A DNA stretch of 64,000 nucleotides from contig NC_081333.1 in the NCBI RefSeq assembly GCF_022539665.2, positions 2,604,001 to 2,668,000 on the forward strand, in the 5' to 3' direction. Shown piece by piece: positions 12,677 to 26,902 of this stretch (its first letter is position 1; each line of letters opens with the position of its first letter). The notes beneath the pieces are model-generated. The model had not been told where the DNA came from. It saw nothing but the letters and a program-made list of their open reading frames with translations, and ran no database searches. The DNA is from Daphnia carinata (taxonomy: Eukaryota). The translations under genes and the position numbers were made by a program.

Positions 12677-15129
12677 TCACTTAATTCCGCGCATTGACTG
12701 AATTGTTTTAATCGGAAAAAAAAAATTGGTTGAACAACTGCTTTATCGGCGGTTCGTATAAATTGATTAATTATACCTTGGAAACGTCGACACCAGTAAG
12801 AGATTTTACCAATTCTGGCATTTTCGTCATAATCTCTAGAACTTCTCCAGTCAGTTTAGCTGCCCCGGTTTCTCCATTGGCCGTCACCATGGTGATTTTC
12901 TTGGTCTTGGACATGGGAGTAGCAACTTCATGTGCCATCTGTTCATCAGGTATTCAACCGAAAAGTGATCTAAACTTTTAAATTGGCTCATTTTGATGAC
13001 TATTTATAGTATACCTTTGGAAGGGACTTCATTAACATGTCCATCAAGGCGGCTTCGTTGTACTCATTGTAAGCCATTGCTTTTTTGCTCATCTGCTCAG
13101 CTTCAGCTTTGGCTTTGGCTTCAATTGCAAATGCCTCTGCTTCACCCTGTCTCGTACGTATAAATGGTTCATTTAAAAAAAACTTATCCTTTTAATTATT
13201 TATCATATTCAAGAGATCACTTTCAAACGAAGAGCTTCAGCCTCGGCTTTAGCTTCGATCACCGTTTTCTGACGATGAGCCTCAGCCAATTTCTCCAGTC
13301 TACGAGAGACGAACGAAGGTTCTTATTTAAAAATTTAAAACATTTGGTAAAAGGTATTACTCTACCTGTATTTTTCTGCTTCTGCAGGACGACGTACAGT
13401 GGCTTCCAATTCTTTCTCTTTGCGAACGATTTCCTGTTCTTGAACGAGAATTTGCTGAGCGCGCTCTACCACTTGAATCTGCATCTCTTCTTCTTGCACC
13501 TGCTGTTGGATTTTGGCTGCCTGAAGTTCGAAAGCCATTTCGGCTTCTGCTTTCTTCAAAGGTATCGAATTTTATTTTTTTCCGCTAATTAAGCGCACGA
13601 AAATTCGAACAAAAATTACCCTTGCGTTGACTTCTTTGTCGTATTCCGCTTTCTTCACCTCGAAATCACGCTGAGCTTTTGCAATTAGAATATCGTTTTT
13701 CAAACGCGAAGCCATTCGTTCTTCCTCTGCCATGGCTTCTTTGATTTCCGCTTCCGATTTGGCTTGAGCTTCGCCGATACGTGCGTCTCTCTTAACCTCT
13801 GCCGTCCTTCCCATTCCCAGTGCCATCAGGTAGCCCTAAAGAGGAAAATTTTGCGACTGGAATAAATTCCGCGTATAGAATAGATCGATTTATTTTCTAA
13901 CATTCGCATCGGAAATGTCCTTTAGTGTGTAGGAAACGACGAGAATCCCCATGTTAACGAGATCTGCCGATGCTACTTTGAAAACTTGTTTGCTGAATTT
14001 AATGCGGTCTCGGTAGATCTCCTACGTAGTTCATTCAGCGATTCAAAATAGATCCTGAAAGTGCTGTTGTTGTAACTATGTCGTACCTCGACTTTCATCA
14101 TTCCCATGATTGCGCGCTGATGGCCCTCCAGAGTTTCCATTGCAATATGTTTAATTTCATCTTCTGTTTTCCCGAGAAATTGTTCGCAAGCTGCCAAAAG
14201 CATTTCCTGGTTTTGGCCTTGCACTTTGACCTAATGCGTAAAGCTAAGTTTTGAATCGTTACGTTTTTCTTGAAAGACGTATGGTTTTACCTGAGCGATG
14301 CCAGTCACTGAAATTGGGACACCTTCAGAAGTGTAAACAGCTGGACTTTCGACTTTCAGCGTAATCGTATTTAGCGAAATCCTTTAGAATAGCAAACGTA
14401 CGAAATCGTTAATGAATTCTTTGCTGTAATTTATCGTGGTGGACAGTACGTGGTAGCTAGTTTGGTAAGCTAAATTTACCTTTGAAGCTGTTGCACACAT
14501 GGCCAAACGAAAGCACGGCCGCCGGGAATCAGAATAGGTTTGCCACCGGCGTGACAGCATCCTGCCAAGTAAAAAAAAAGGACAAGAACTATGTGTAAAA
14601 GGGGGTCTGCAAAACCATGCGTTATTTAAAATTTTTTCCTAATTTTTTACCGGGACGGTAACGTAATTTCAATTCGTGTTGTACTGGTTTGTATATAAAA
14701 CGTATTTTCTTGTGGATAGTAACCAAAGTACGAACAACATCAAAGATAGCATAATTCACAGGTTGAACATCATGACAGGTGCCATGTGTTCAGCACAAAT
14801 GCTGATAAGTTTTTCTGATAAGAGACTATAGTCATGCTCAGTTATTGCTTACGGAACGTAAATATTACTTTTTTTAAATGCCGAACAGAAATAGAACATT
14901 GCTTTTCATTTTTGTTTTTAATAAGGCAGTAACGCAAAGAGATGACCTTCAACAATTTATGGTATAACTAGTTTATGTCTTATCGAGTACGATTTAGGGT
15001 CTTAAAGAAAACGTAGTGCTTTGATACTTGTGCGTTTAAAATGATTGAAGTTTCAAACTAAACCAGAGCTTAAATACCTGAAACTACCAGCGCTTCGTTC
15101 GGTCCACAAGTTACAAAACCCCAAACCAT
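12677..15129 (-). CDS. Flo1: flotillin-1 (SPFH domain), multi-exon
   Basis: Start [18 protein letters not shown]; internal [60 protein letters not shown]; last exon SMRGIK* with TGA at 12677-12679; canonical splice sites. Confidence 0.95.
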
Positions 15130-15965
15130 TCTCCTGCAACTGTAAAACTCGCACCAATTGTCACGAAGGTCTCACGTTAACTGCTTTTGTGTTGGTTTGA
15201 GTTGCACCACTGAACTGCCCAGTATTTCCCAAATCGAGATAAATATCCAGCGTACACTTCAATGTAAATTTTGATAAGACGATGGGCGGGCAACAACAGC
15301 TATTTGGGACTTTTGGTGTAACCATTGTAACCAGAAATAATGCAATCTTACTAAGTGTGACACATTTTCAGTAGCCGTTGAAATAGCGCTGCCTCTAACG
15401 TAGAATCTCCAGTCCCAAGATTTTTAGACCCTGTTTCACCACCAATCAATTAACGTCCCCGGGTTACTAATCGTTGCGATGTTCGTACTACTTTAACTCA
15501 GCTAAATCGATAGCTTGTTTTTGACGTCATGTTGATGCATAATTCACGACTAGCTCTTACTGAAATTTAAACCGAAGTCCAAAAAACATTAGTAACGCGC
15601 GTCTGTCCTCTTCGAAATATTGCTAACTCGGGTTGATTGATTATTGATTTGTAAAACAGTATAACCATATTTAGTCAAATTGATATTGAACAGGCACTTG
15701 TAGCGTGATGAAATGACTCCTTGTAGTATAGGGTGTGGTGGGGATGGCCGGCGGTTCGTTACGCTTAACCCTTTTTCCACCTTTCTTACACGCGTTCAAT
15801 ATACTTTGTCAACAGCACAACGCATTATGAATAAAAAATTGATTAGTTTATTTTCTTATCAAAGAATCGAGTACGTCTTGCGCTATACAGCGACGATGTA
15901 TTTGAATGTCCGGACATAAAAACTTGTTTTCCTCCATTGCTGTTTGAAAGGCTTCTAAACTATCA

Positions 15966-17735
15966 ATGGCGAATGATCTCTTTCGGTCTCTGTCACCTGT
16001 TTTCTGGTTTCTGCGTCTAACGGGTGGAACGCCTTTCTTTCACAGCGGATCATCAGCTGGAATTTTGGGTTTCCGTTGGTGTCATCCGCAGACGTTCTGG
16101 TTTGCTTTCGTCACCCTCGTTCATCTCAGTTTTATCTCAGCCCAAGTGTTTGGAGGCCTTTTTACTTTGAAAGATAATTCCACAATAGTTGAAAATTCTA
16201 GCGTTAACAGTTCAACTATTCGTTTAACTAACACCATCTCGCAGGCTCGTTATCTTATAGATACATTTTTCCTATCCAAATTTATTCACTTTCATTTGGC
16301 CAGTCTTCAAAATTTGTTTGAGAACTTGAATTGTGTTGATGCTGTTTACCCCATAGCTTTCACTGATGTCCAACGAGCTCGAAAAATAATTGTTATTGGA
16401 ATCTTTGTTAACCTTTTTTGGGTAAACAATGTTTTCGACGATTTTCATGCAACCGTTTGGCCATGTTTAGCTTTGATTGCTGTAACCATTTACCGTACTT
16501 TTATCTCTAGCACGTAGCTTTCTTGATCAATGGATTCATTTTTCAAGTGCATTTAAACGAGCCCGATTGGATGCTGATCGTTCGAATATTGAATAACTTA
16601 ATGCACGCTGTTGGCCAATTGCATTCCAACATGGTAAGATTCATTTGTATGTCCCTGAAATTTTAAAACGCAATTAATTTCATGTCTTTTTTTTAACCAC
16701 TAGTTGGTGATTTTGTTTGCCAGCTTGTGCTATATGGTTGGTCTTCGTTTCGGTGGTCTCACAAAGACGTTACAGCAGCTTATCGTTACTGACGGCACAT
16801 TCCGGTTAACCTGTAATGGATGGACAAACGTCACAGCTGAATCGCCAAATAAAAATCCTTGCAACACTCGCCCTTCTACGCAAAATCAAGTACTTCCTGA
16901 CGAATCGTTGTCTGATGTCGATCGACCTGCTACAGCGATGAAAGAATTACGTTACCGGTACGTAAAACTATTAATGAATGACGGTACTGTGTAATTGATT
17001 TGCTGTGCAGTCTTATTTCATCGTAATTGTAGAAATTTCTTTCTTTTCAGTCCATTGACTTTGCGTTTAGTTTTTCTGAAAACGATTTACTTGACGCTGT
17101 GCGAGGCAGTGTTAACCCATCTGAACAAAGCCTTCGGGTTGTCTTTGCTGTTCTACCTGATCTCCAAGTTGATCAGTGCTTCGATAGGATGTCATGGATT
17201 TTTGCAGGACTTGATGAATCTCTCTCTTGGCTTATTTTGGTTTTTTGTTAATGTTCCGGACATCACTGGCATTTTCGTCTTATTCCAATCTGCCGACTAC
17301 GTCCGTGGCGAGGTACGTGGATTTGTCATTGATCTTTTATTGCTTGATTTTATTTTATTATCTACTTTCTGTTAAAGGTGAAACAGTTCTTTAGTTTAGT
17401 GGCCCAAATTTCGACGCAAGATCTATCCATAGTGGAGCGCAGTGAAGTATATTAACTCACACGAGAAATTGACTACTTCCATTTCGTGTACCTGATACGT
17501 GACTGATTTGCATGCAGTTACAAACTTTCATTTTGCAAGTGCAAGGGGAGTCTATTGAATTATCCGTCTGCGGACTCTTTAAGTTGGGCAAGCAACTACT
17601 CCCCGCGGTAATATGAGCACTTCGGTTGGTGAATGTCGTCCGCTTTAAAGTTCTAAAGTAAAATCAATGGTTCACGGTCAGGTTGCCGGGACGATAGCTA
17701 CCTACATGTTGGTCCTATTCCAGTTCAATCAATAG
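15966..17735 (+). CDS. gustatory receptor (7tm chemoreceptor family); exons approx. 15966-16421, 16511-16633, 16704-16957, 17051-17312, 17378-17446, 17518-17607, 17682-17735
   Basis: Open spliced frame with several hydrophobic helices; C-terminal GLFKLGKQLLPAVAGTIATYMLVLFQF contains the GR signature TYxxxxxQF; three phase-0 introns near the C-terminus are typical of arthropod GRs. Confidence 0.9.
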
Positions 17736-18694
17736 AGGAACCACCCGTCATTACTGCGTTCTACTTTGTTCGAGCAGCTAAACATCCTCTGCAGCAAGGC
17801 AAGTTGTATCCGGCAATAACAGATGTGGCCAATGTACTTGATGCGTCCTTTTCCCTTTTGAATTCATGTCGATGGTATTGCAAAACACGTTGGCAGTCCC
17901 TATGATAAAATCGCAAACCAGTGTAGAGCACAAGAAACAACCTCGTTGTGTGGAATACTAGCCGTTCGTAAAAGAATCCGACACTTGTATTCGTAATATA
18001 ATAAATCTGTCTAACCTGGGGTTGCGGGAAAGCATTGAGGGGCTCAACTAGGCCATCGTCAAAAGTTATGGCACTCGTTTCAAATGCTCCCTACGCTAGG
18101 CTCTTTCCCAGACGAAGCAACGTGAATGGTAAATCAATACTCTTTTGGCTCGTGAACCACCCAGAGCTTCTTTTAGTAGTTCTGATGCAAAGGCAAATCA
18201 GCAAAAAGAAATTTGATGCAGCATCCACGACTGATGTTTTTGCAGCATCATTTTGCACGTAAGATAATGGGTGGGTGTTTGTTTGACGGCTACCACTTCA
18301 CTTCTGCTTGTGTGTCATGATACATTGATTAATACTTCGCAGTAATTAAACACACCCTGATATTGGGGCCGTGTCATTCTGCACATGCCATATAGCAGCT
18401 GGATTGCTGCTTTCTTATTAACGTTTATCTCGATAATCGATTTATTTGTTCCAAGTCACAGCAGCCGTCGTCTGCTCACGTCAGTCATGAGAAAATAAAT
18501 TCAAGTCGAGTTGTGTTTTGAAAGCGTTATAGCTTTTTTCTATTTATGTGCATCAATTTCTTCGGTGTCTTTGCAGTATGGAAGAGTAACGACAAGAAGC
18601 CATCTCTGGTAGGTCTGATTATCATTTGTTAGAAATTTCTCATGTCTAGTTTTTCAAGATGGTGAGAACTAAGAGCTAGATAATCTATTGACAT

Positions 18695-19015
18695 AGGACG
18701 TTTTAAGCCCATGGTACACGTACGTCTCTTTTAGCTCTCTCACCCCAAATGTTTGGATAAGTTTCGTTTCGCTTCCGATGGTAATGTACAAACAGAAGGA
18801 AGTGTGCCTCAGAATTAGATAATGGTCCTTTTCGTTTCACTTTGTTCTAAATCGCAAACAAAACGACCGAGTTGTTTTTCTACAGTCTGGCCAATTTCCA
18901 GATGTTCTTTCAGCAGCTTAGACGCCACCGATCGTTAATTTCTAATCCCACCCAGAAGTGCTCATCAAGCAGGCAAAGCAATGGTCATCGGCATCCCCAT
19001 CAACGTATTTTTAGC
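18695..19015 (+). pseudogene. decayed gustatory receptor exon-1 paralog
   Basis: Colinear fragments match exon 1 of the upstream GR: LSP, FRFRW* (vs GFRWC), SLANFQMFFQQL (vs HLASLQNLFENL), AGKAMVIGIPINVFL (vs ARKIIVIGIFVNLFW). They are interrupted by stops and frameshifts. Confidence 0.6.
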
Positions 19016-22000
19016 TGATTCTTGCCAAGTCTACCACCAGAAATTTAGTCGTAAAGCTCTTAAAAGCATTTTTTACATTTCCCTGACATCTGGTGTTGTT
19101 AACCTTCCCTCTCGTCGTTTGACACCATCAATGTCACTTTAAAAAACACAGAATATTTCAAACCTTTCGTAGAATTGAAATTCCCTATTTCAATCTTTGA
19201 CATTATACGATTACCGTCCGTTAAATTCGTTTGCCTACCAGACCATGGTGACCATCGATCAGTCACCGTAATCGAGTATCTAGGTTACCTTCACTGGTTC
19301 TCTCCAAACAGATCGGTTTACGTCAATCGGTTGCCACGAATTTGTCGTGGATTTTCCGCCTCCGTGTACACGTTTTCTTCACAAGTGTCTCGTATATCTT
19401 GCCTATCTTTGCCACGTGTCAGGCCGTTGCCTACTACACATAGTTCCACTGATGCCTTTGTCGTGCTTTTGTGCCAATCTATCGAGCTACTGGCGGAATC
19501 GACAAATAGGGCAAGCAACTCCCAATGGTAGATTGTCAGCACGTCTTAGAAGTTGCCCTTTTTTTTTCAAATTGCAATCACGGATTTATCTTGGGTGGGA
19601 ATTCTAATCGTGAAGATTCTTCATCTTACACGATTAGAAACGCCCCGAACAAGGGATTGAAAATTACATTGTTTTTTTCTCCCGGAAATGGTACTGGGTC
19701 CGTTGGACAAATGAAGATTTTAGCTATTTTAGACAATCACAATAGACTCTGCATTCGTTATCCGTTCAGGATAGCCTTTTTTGTTTGCTGTTTGCTTAAA
19801 CCCCTATTGACCAATTCACTTCGCTCGCCCTCTCTTAACGATCTATTGGTTAGAAACAAAGCCTTGTTTTCCTGTCCCAAGCGTTTGTTTCGCTCTGTTT
19901 GTGTCTGTAATGACTGACGCCACTGCGCGCCCTCTTCCCTCCCTGGAAGATAAACGAGAACACGCTTTAATAGCGTGATATCCTCCTTTGTGCTAGTGGT
20001 AGCCTTTTGTGCGGGAATCGCAGGGTGGTAGCCGAGTACGTAACCGCGTCTTGAATGACAACAAGCAATCAACAACATACGTGTACCGATAGAAGTTTTA
20101 GTCGTGCGGAGGTGAGACGCAAGTCATAGCAAGCTAGTTAAGCCAACTGTTGAAGAAAGGAAATGTCGAATCGATGAACGTGTTGGAGGACGAAAACTTC
20201 TGACGTACTTGTCAAATCAATAAATATGCGTCGCTGATTGCGCCAATCCATACCTCGTTAATTTTAGCGACGTGCAAGGAATAAACAAACAAAAAATTGG
20301 TTGCTGAATTACGTTTAGCCAATTTTTTTGTTTGGTTATTTTTGAAAATTATATTCATTCTTAAGCAAGTGAGTCAACATATGCAACTGTAGACGTAAAA
20401 TGGGCCGGGCAATGGTATAAAAAAAAGGAACTCTATAGGGAAAGGACATCTAGATAACGCTTTTGTTTATGGAATGTGGGCGCATCTGCACGAAGTAAAA
20501 AAAGAAAACAAGTTCATCGATACGGCAATATCCATCAATAACCAAATAAGAGATAGAAACCTTAATGCTGCGTTATACTGCGCCTTCATTCCCTGGCCAT
20601 TTATTATTATTATTGTTATTTTTTTTTTTCTGCACTTTTGGCTTCTTTCCAAGAGTAACTTTCTATTTTTTACGAGTCACTGCGAATTTTACGGCTGTTT
20701 ACAAGGTTACTGGGTACAATTGACCAATAATGAAAATGGCTGGTGTTGCTAGGTCAGCCGGAACGTGTCTCCGTGTTATGAGGACCGTTTAACTTTTTTG
20801 TCACGCAAACGCCAGCTAAACGTTGGGAATTCGTTCCCGTGTTATCCGGCGCGTATAGACCTATAGACGTACAATTTATGTATGACTGTTATTGATTTTA
20901 TTGGAACAAAACTGGGGCCACAAGGTCGCAGCACTTGTCCCCGCAACATTCGAACTTGTCAATTCTTGTTGAATTATAGAAGTAGCTTGTCTATATCGAT
21001 TGGATTGGCGAAAATGTTAGGAGACCGTAACGTTTTCACGCCTGAGTTGTCAATTTCGTTACACAGACAACTTCACAAAAAAAAATCAAACACCTTTCTC
21101 CCTTCCAGTTTCTGCGCTGATTACACGCTTAAACGTGTTTGTACTGCTATGCACAGTATGTTCATTCAGTTATTTATATCTTGCTCGTTATTTCATGAAA
21201 TGTATTTATAAATTCATGCACGTAGAAAAGAGAGAGAAACAGGGCCGCATAAAAAGACCGTGCATCTGACGGCCGGAAAATGAAACGGCCGCAAGTTTTG
21301 AAAAATTCCGCTTTAAATCTTTCGGTCGTTTTTTAAGAGGCAGGTGGCAACGCTTGAAGAACTCGATAAATTTCTTTCCTTAAAAAACGCCCCATATTTT
21401 TCCCTTGGTCTTTCCCCTGCTGAGTTTCAGTGGAGAAATCATGACGTTTCGTTCCACGAACAGTTCAACGCAAACACACAGTGAAAGAGATTCGAGTGGC
21501 AAAATATTTGTTCAGCAGGTTGCTGAGTCCTTCGAATTCATTTATGGCGTGAAATGTATTCCAGGAATAGAAAAAAATAGAACCCAATGCTTTCATGCAT
21601 AAAAAGGGGGCGTCTCAGACGGCCAGTTATTTTATTTGTGACGTTGCGGCTTAAATTTAGCACGTATGCACGAGCGTTACTCGATGGGACCTGGGGCAAT
21701 ATGCGATTTCACACCCGCTTACAGCTAGTGAACATCCGCATCGATTGTAGTTTCTTACTCCTTTCGTTCTTAATTTTCAAGGAACGTCACGTATAACGTC
21801 AGCATACATAGTGGGTCATAACTCTCGAAAATTGTGTGCGGTTATAACGGACCCCCCACGCAACTTCCCGGAGTTTTTGAACGGAACTGTCGGAACTATT
21901 ACCACTGTGTGTGTGTGTGTGTTCATAATTCACGCGGTTGTGTAACGAAAAAAAAAACGCAAATCCGCGCTCGCTAAAATGATGCGTGTTCGTCCCACGT

Positions 22001-23237
22001 ACCGTAAAACCAACAGTGTTTGTACTTTCTCATTATTTTCCAATGCCAGTGTGTTGACTTTATGACCGACCTTTCAAAGCAGCGCACTCCTCGATCCGTT
22101 CCGGAATTCTAGACAATGTTTATTTGCAATTTCATGGATCTGAACAGCCAGTCAAAATGCGGACAAACAACTGGACTGCGAATAGAAAGGTCATTCATGT
22201 AGATAATTAAAAGCGACAACCACTAAAGTTAAAGGTCGAAAGCTTCCCAAAGCAAATCTGCAACTTACAATTGTTAAGTTTTGTTTTGGCACGAAAGGTA
22301 TGCGTCCTTCATAAAGTGCCAATATTTCTGTCACCGAATTGAAAAGAAAACATTCACGTTGCCCCAAAATTTAGGCTTATTTCCAAGACGCGTATTACAA
22401 CTGAAAAATAAAAACGAAATTCCTTTTCGTTCGGATCTTAACGGGTCGCTCTTTTAAAATGCGCTGGCGCGCCGATGGGCGACGAAAGCGCGGAGGGCGT
22501 TCCTTATCCCACTCCCACGTCTTGCTGTGGTTGTCGTAGTATAGGCCACAACCGCTTATGGGTATCAGACGTTAGATCGAAAAGTGTTATATTCGTCGGA
22601 GGTCGTGAATTTGTTCGCAAGACGACAGACGTGCGGGTCTCTCCCGTTTCTTTTCAAGTGCGGCCACGGTGAACTCACGTAAAGAGCAATGCAGCAAGTG
22701 TTTCTCGTCATTGTTGGTTTTAGATTTCAAGCCAAGCATCTGCCATTTACCGAAGACCAAATAAACCGTGACCGCTCTTAGCCAAAAGTTGTGTTTAAAT
22801 TTTTCAAAAATTTCTTTTTTTTTTTTTTGCTGTTGTTGATTTGCTGGATTTTTTTTGTGTGTTTGCTCCGACGTTCCTTTTGGAGGTTTTTGGATATCGC
22901 GCACAGGGGGCTTACTTCATCATCGTCATCAGGCCGTCGCAAGACGTCCTGTTTTGTTTCGCTTGTCAAGTTGATCGGAAACAACTGGCTGCTGTCACGT
23001 GATGCCCAATTCTTCCAGTGTGCCGTCATGTCTCCTCGCGCACATCTTGCTCGGTAGTATCGAGTAGTATCTCTGTGGTATCTCACCGATCATTCCGCAT
23101 CGGTCGACGACACGGTGCGGAGTGGTAAGCTTTTAAATCTCGCCTCTGCGTCCGGAGATGAACTTTGAGCCGAGGCTCATTGCCGCTTACTGTGTAGTCC
23201 CGCAAGTGTTTTCGTGAGCCCCAATATCATTTTTTTC

Positions 23238-25191
23238 ATGATGGATATGAACGTTTACGACACGGCGCTCTTCTCGTTCACGTTGGTAGAAGCAGCCGCC
23301 ATCGTCCTGGGCAATGGATTACTGGTGGTGACTTTTGTCCGACACAGAACTTTGCTTAACGCCATGAACTGTTATATCTGCTCCATGTGTTTTTCGGGAC
23401 TCATCACGGGTATCATCGTTCCACTCGGTTTCGGCAACTACGTCGGGTAAGGCGGAAGACCATGGCGTCGTAGGTTGTTTTTTTTGTTTTTTTTTTTGTT
23501 TTTTTTTTTACCGCTGACAGTCAAGCGGAAGGATATGTTTGCTATTCCTACTTAACTTTCCATATCAGTTGCGTTTACAACAAATAGCAGAAGCTGACAG
23601 ATTACAAAGTATAGTCGAGGGCAGAGCCCGCAACGACAGGGTGCCATGTTTCAAGCGGGCAGAGTGCTGACAGTGCTTTCGCAGGCCACAATAATGGATC
23701 GTTCTTTATTTGCTCTTGTATTTAGTCTTCTTTTATTATCCGTTTGTTTTATCTTTTTCTCAGCGGGAGAGGCAATTTGCCCGAGCCACGACACACACAA
23801 AAAAGGCAGACAATCTTGATCTGTATGTTGTTTTTTTTTTTGCGATGTGTGTATTCGTGACTGCGATTATTCAGCGGGATTCTAGTCGTGATCGATAGAG
23901 TAGACCTTTTTGCGTGATAGATACGAATATAAAGGAAGGTGGACAAATAGAATTCTTTCTCTCGGACTGTTATGTTAACTTGATTAACGCATCTAAGATA
24001 ACACAACTAATCAGAAAATTAGCCATGACTCATTGCGTGCTCACCCTAATATTCTGATAGACTACGTTTTTGTTATTGCAAATAGATAAATAGAAAAGAT
24101 TTTGACTCATCATTAAAAAGCTAATAGATTAAAACTTTCTTCTATTTATTTGCAGGCCTTACACAGTTTCGGGACTAAGTTTACCCAAATGCTACGTTCA
24201 AAACGTCAAGACATCCATATTCTTCGCTACGGCGTGTAATAGTAAGAGAAATGTTTAACTATCCTAAAGATCTCGCCATAAATAAAACTTAAGTTCCTTT
24301 TTGTTTTGTTATAATACTCATCCATTAAAATGTGAACCTCGATCTTCCCCTGAAAACAAAGGTATTTCCTGCATGCTGGCCATGGCTGTGGAAAGGTGGC
24401 GGACGCTGCTGTCGACGAATTCCCGCCAGCGAAGAGGTCCCGCCAATTTGACCTGCAAGTTGATCATTCTGGCCGGCTGGGCCGTGTCGTTTACATACGC
24501 GTGTGTTCTTATATCTATTCAAGAAGTGGATGATGTGCCCATCCTGTACGAAGGTGCGGCCACCAATTCGTGTTTGCAGGACAATCAGACGCAGTGCTCC
24601 GATTTCGAATTTTGTTTCACCGTCGATCCGGAGAATTTGGCACTTGTCCGAAAAGTCAATCTTGTCTCTTTAGTGGCCGTTTTCATTATACCCCTCTGCA
24701 TCATCAGCGTCATCTACACTGTCCTAGTCACGCGGCTCTTACGCAACGCACAGCAAAGTGAAAAGGCCAACCGGGGAGCTTGCAGCATCCACCGGGCCAA
24801 ATTGAGAGCCATGCAGGCCATGATCCTGGTGGTTGTCATTTTCGCCATGTGCTGGCTGCCCGGCCACGTTTTCTTCGTCTGGTCTCTGTCGACGAATCCG
24901 CACAAAGTGGAGAGAGGCGCCGCGTTCCACACGGTCCCGCTCCGACTGAGACTCATCAGCGATTTCGTGTTCCACCTGGTCATCACGCACCATTGGATCC
25001 AGGTCTTCATTTATCCTCGATACAGTCGACAGCTGGCCAATGCCATTAAAGAGACGACCACTTTCTTTCTTTCCTGGTTCATGATGGACGCTTGCCGACG
25101 TCATTGTGGCCAGGGTCAGCAGCCGACGTCGGTCAAAGCGACGAAGACGTCCAATGCGCATGCCACTTGCATTTCTGCATCTATGGTCTGA
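23238..25191 (+). CDS. class A (rhodopsin-like) GPCR, orphan/neuropeptide-receptor-like; exons approx. 23238-23446, 24156-24241, 24362-25191
   Basis: TM1 GNGLLV, TM3 MAVERW (DRY-equivalent), TM5 FIIPLCIISVIY, TM6 FAMCWLP; three exons join in frame at GT-AG sites. Confidence 0.88.
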
Positions 25192-26147
25192 ACGTTTATA
25201 CAAACATGGAGCAGACAGACGACAGAGAGATATACAAGCTTATGGCTATCAATCTTACGAGTTTATTATCGCGTTTTTGTTCTGCCATTGTTTTTGAAAA
25301 CTGTGGGCTCCTATGCTCGTTCTCGTTATTGTGTATATACATACAGGAGGAACTCGCACACACAATGCAACAGCATGCAGTCTGATGTCTATCGGCCGGG
25401 CCCAACGTAAACAAATTACATTCAGTCCCTTCCCCAAAAAAACTCCTTTATACAAGTAACACAATCATTGGCTATATATAGTGGAAGCGAAAGTGGAAGA
25501 CACGCAGCGGAAAGAGAAGATGGATTATTTGGGAAAAGAGCACAGGCCACCCAAAGTTGGACGTGTAAACATAAGTGTACAGATTGTGTTATAATATTCG
25601 CAGAATGGCGGTTGCTACGTCCAGCGCCCGCCTGTCCTTTATGTACTACGATGGCGCGGGTATACTTGTACGTTTCGCTGTCTGTTCTTGGTTGTTTCTA
25701 CACTCCACCTCACTATCAGTTTCTGAAATTGTTTTATTCTCGTTTTCGTTCCTGTTAATTGATGTGTACCAATAAACATCGCGACAAATATATCTATGCA
25801 CGCAATCGCTTTACGTCACTTTACTTTTTCTACCCAAGGTAAAAATGTAGTGCGGTAAATTATGTCGAGTTTTAAATGTGGCGTTTGGTTAGCAAATGCA
25901 ATTAATCATGTATACCAAAGTCTATCTCAGTAATGAAGCCACCACCCACTTCAAAATCAAATTTGAATCTCGCCCTTCCCCTTTCACTTCTCAATTGGAG
26001 AAACAAGCCTGACCTTTTTGTACAAAAACTAATTAACTATAAGTCCCAAGTCAAAACGAACCTGGTTTCGACATCAGTTTTAAATTTTGAATACAAAACA
26101 TGTATTTCTATAGCAGTATCTGTGTTTTTAAAAAATAAATAAATAAA

Positions 26148-26710
26148 GTCGGGCTTATTTGTTTGTCGGGCTTATTTTTATGGCAATCCGTTTTACCAAA
26201 AAAAAAAAGTCGGCCTTTTTTTTTCCTTGGTCATTGCCATCGCCATCTTTATTTTCAAGAAAATTATTCATTTGCTCGTCAAAGCAGTTATTTTTAAAAT
26301 ATATCGAATATTGGTCTGTAGCATGATTGCGCTGTACCGGACTGGCGCACCAACGTTTGTAACTGATTTTTCCTTTTAATGACTAAGTAAGCCCGACTTT
26401 TCTCGGTCGGGCTTAAAAAAAATTTCTGCAAAAACTGACCCTCATCGGAATTGGTTGAATATCACAGGATATACTCAAAATTGGATGCTGATTCCGGAGA
26501 AATTGCTATTTTTTTCATTAGGTTAATCGTTTTTGAAAAACACCGAATATTTGGCATAAGGCTAGCGCACCAGTACGCTACAGCGCTAGTGCGATGCAGT
26601 AGATATATTCGGTGAGTGTATGTAGAGAACTAACTAGAAATCTGACCGGTAGATAGCGATAGCAGTGGCTTGAAAAAAAAGCCCGACAAATAAATATGGC
26701 AATCCGTTTA
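26148..26710. mobile_element. probable DNA-transposon subterminal remnant with clustered GTCGGGCTTA motifs in both orientations
   Basis: GTCGGGCTTA at 26148, 26165 and 26406; reverse copies at 26388 and ~26680; duplicated TATGGCAATCCGTTT at ~26179 and ~26695. Confidence 0.45.
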
Positions 26711-26902
26711 ACATAAAAAAAAAAAAAAAATGGCGGAAAAAAAATAAAAAATCGCACTTTTTTCTTTTTTTCCGACACGTAGCCATCTACCGCTCAGACT
26801 CATTATTACTGGCGTAGGCAATTTCAGTCCATTGGATGCCATTCGCAGTTAGTTCAGTAGCGTGGATGGAGAATAAAGCGTGGTTGGAGGAACAATTGAA
26901 AA

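Noticed and set aside
19318..20078. Minus-strand ORFs as retroelement remnants
   Set aside because: No gag, RT or integrase motifs recognised.
26148..26710. CRISPR-like or regularly spaced array
   Set aside because: Repeats are short, irregularly spaced and in mixed orientation, in a eukaryotic context.
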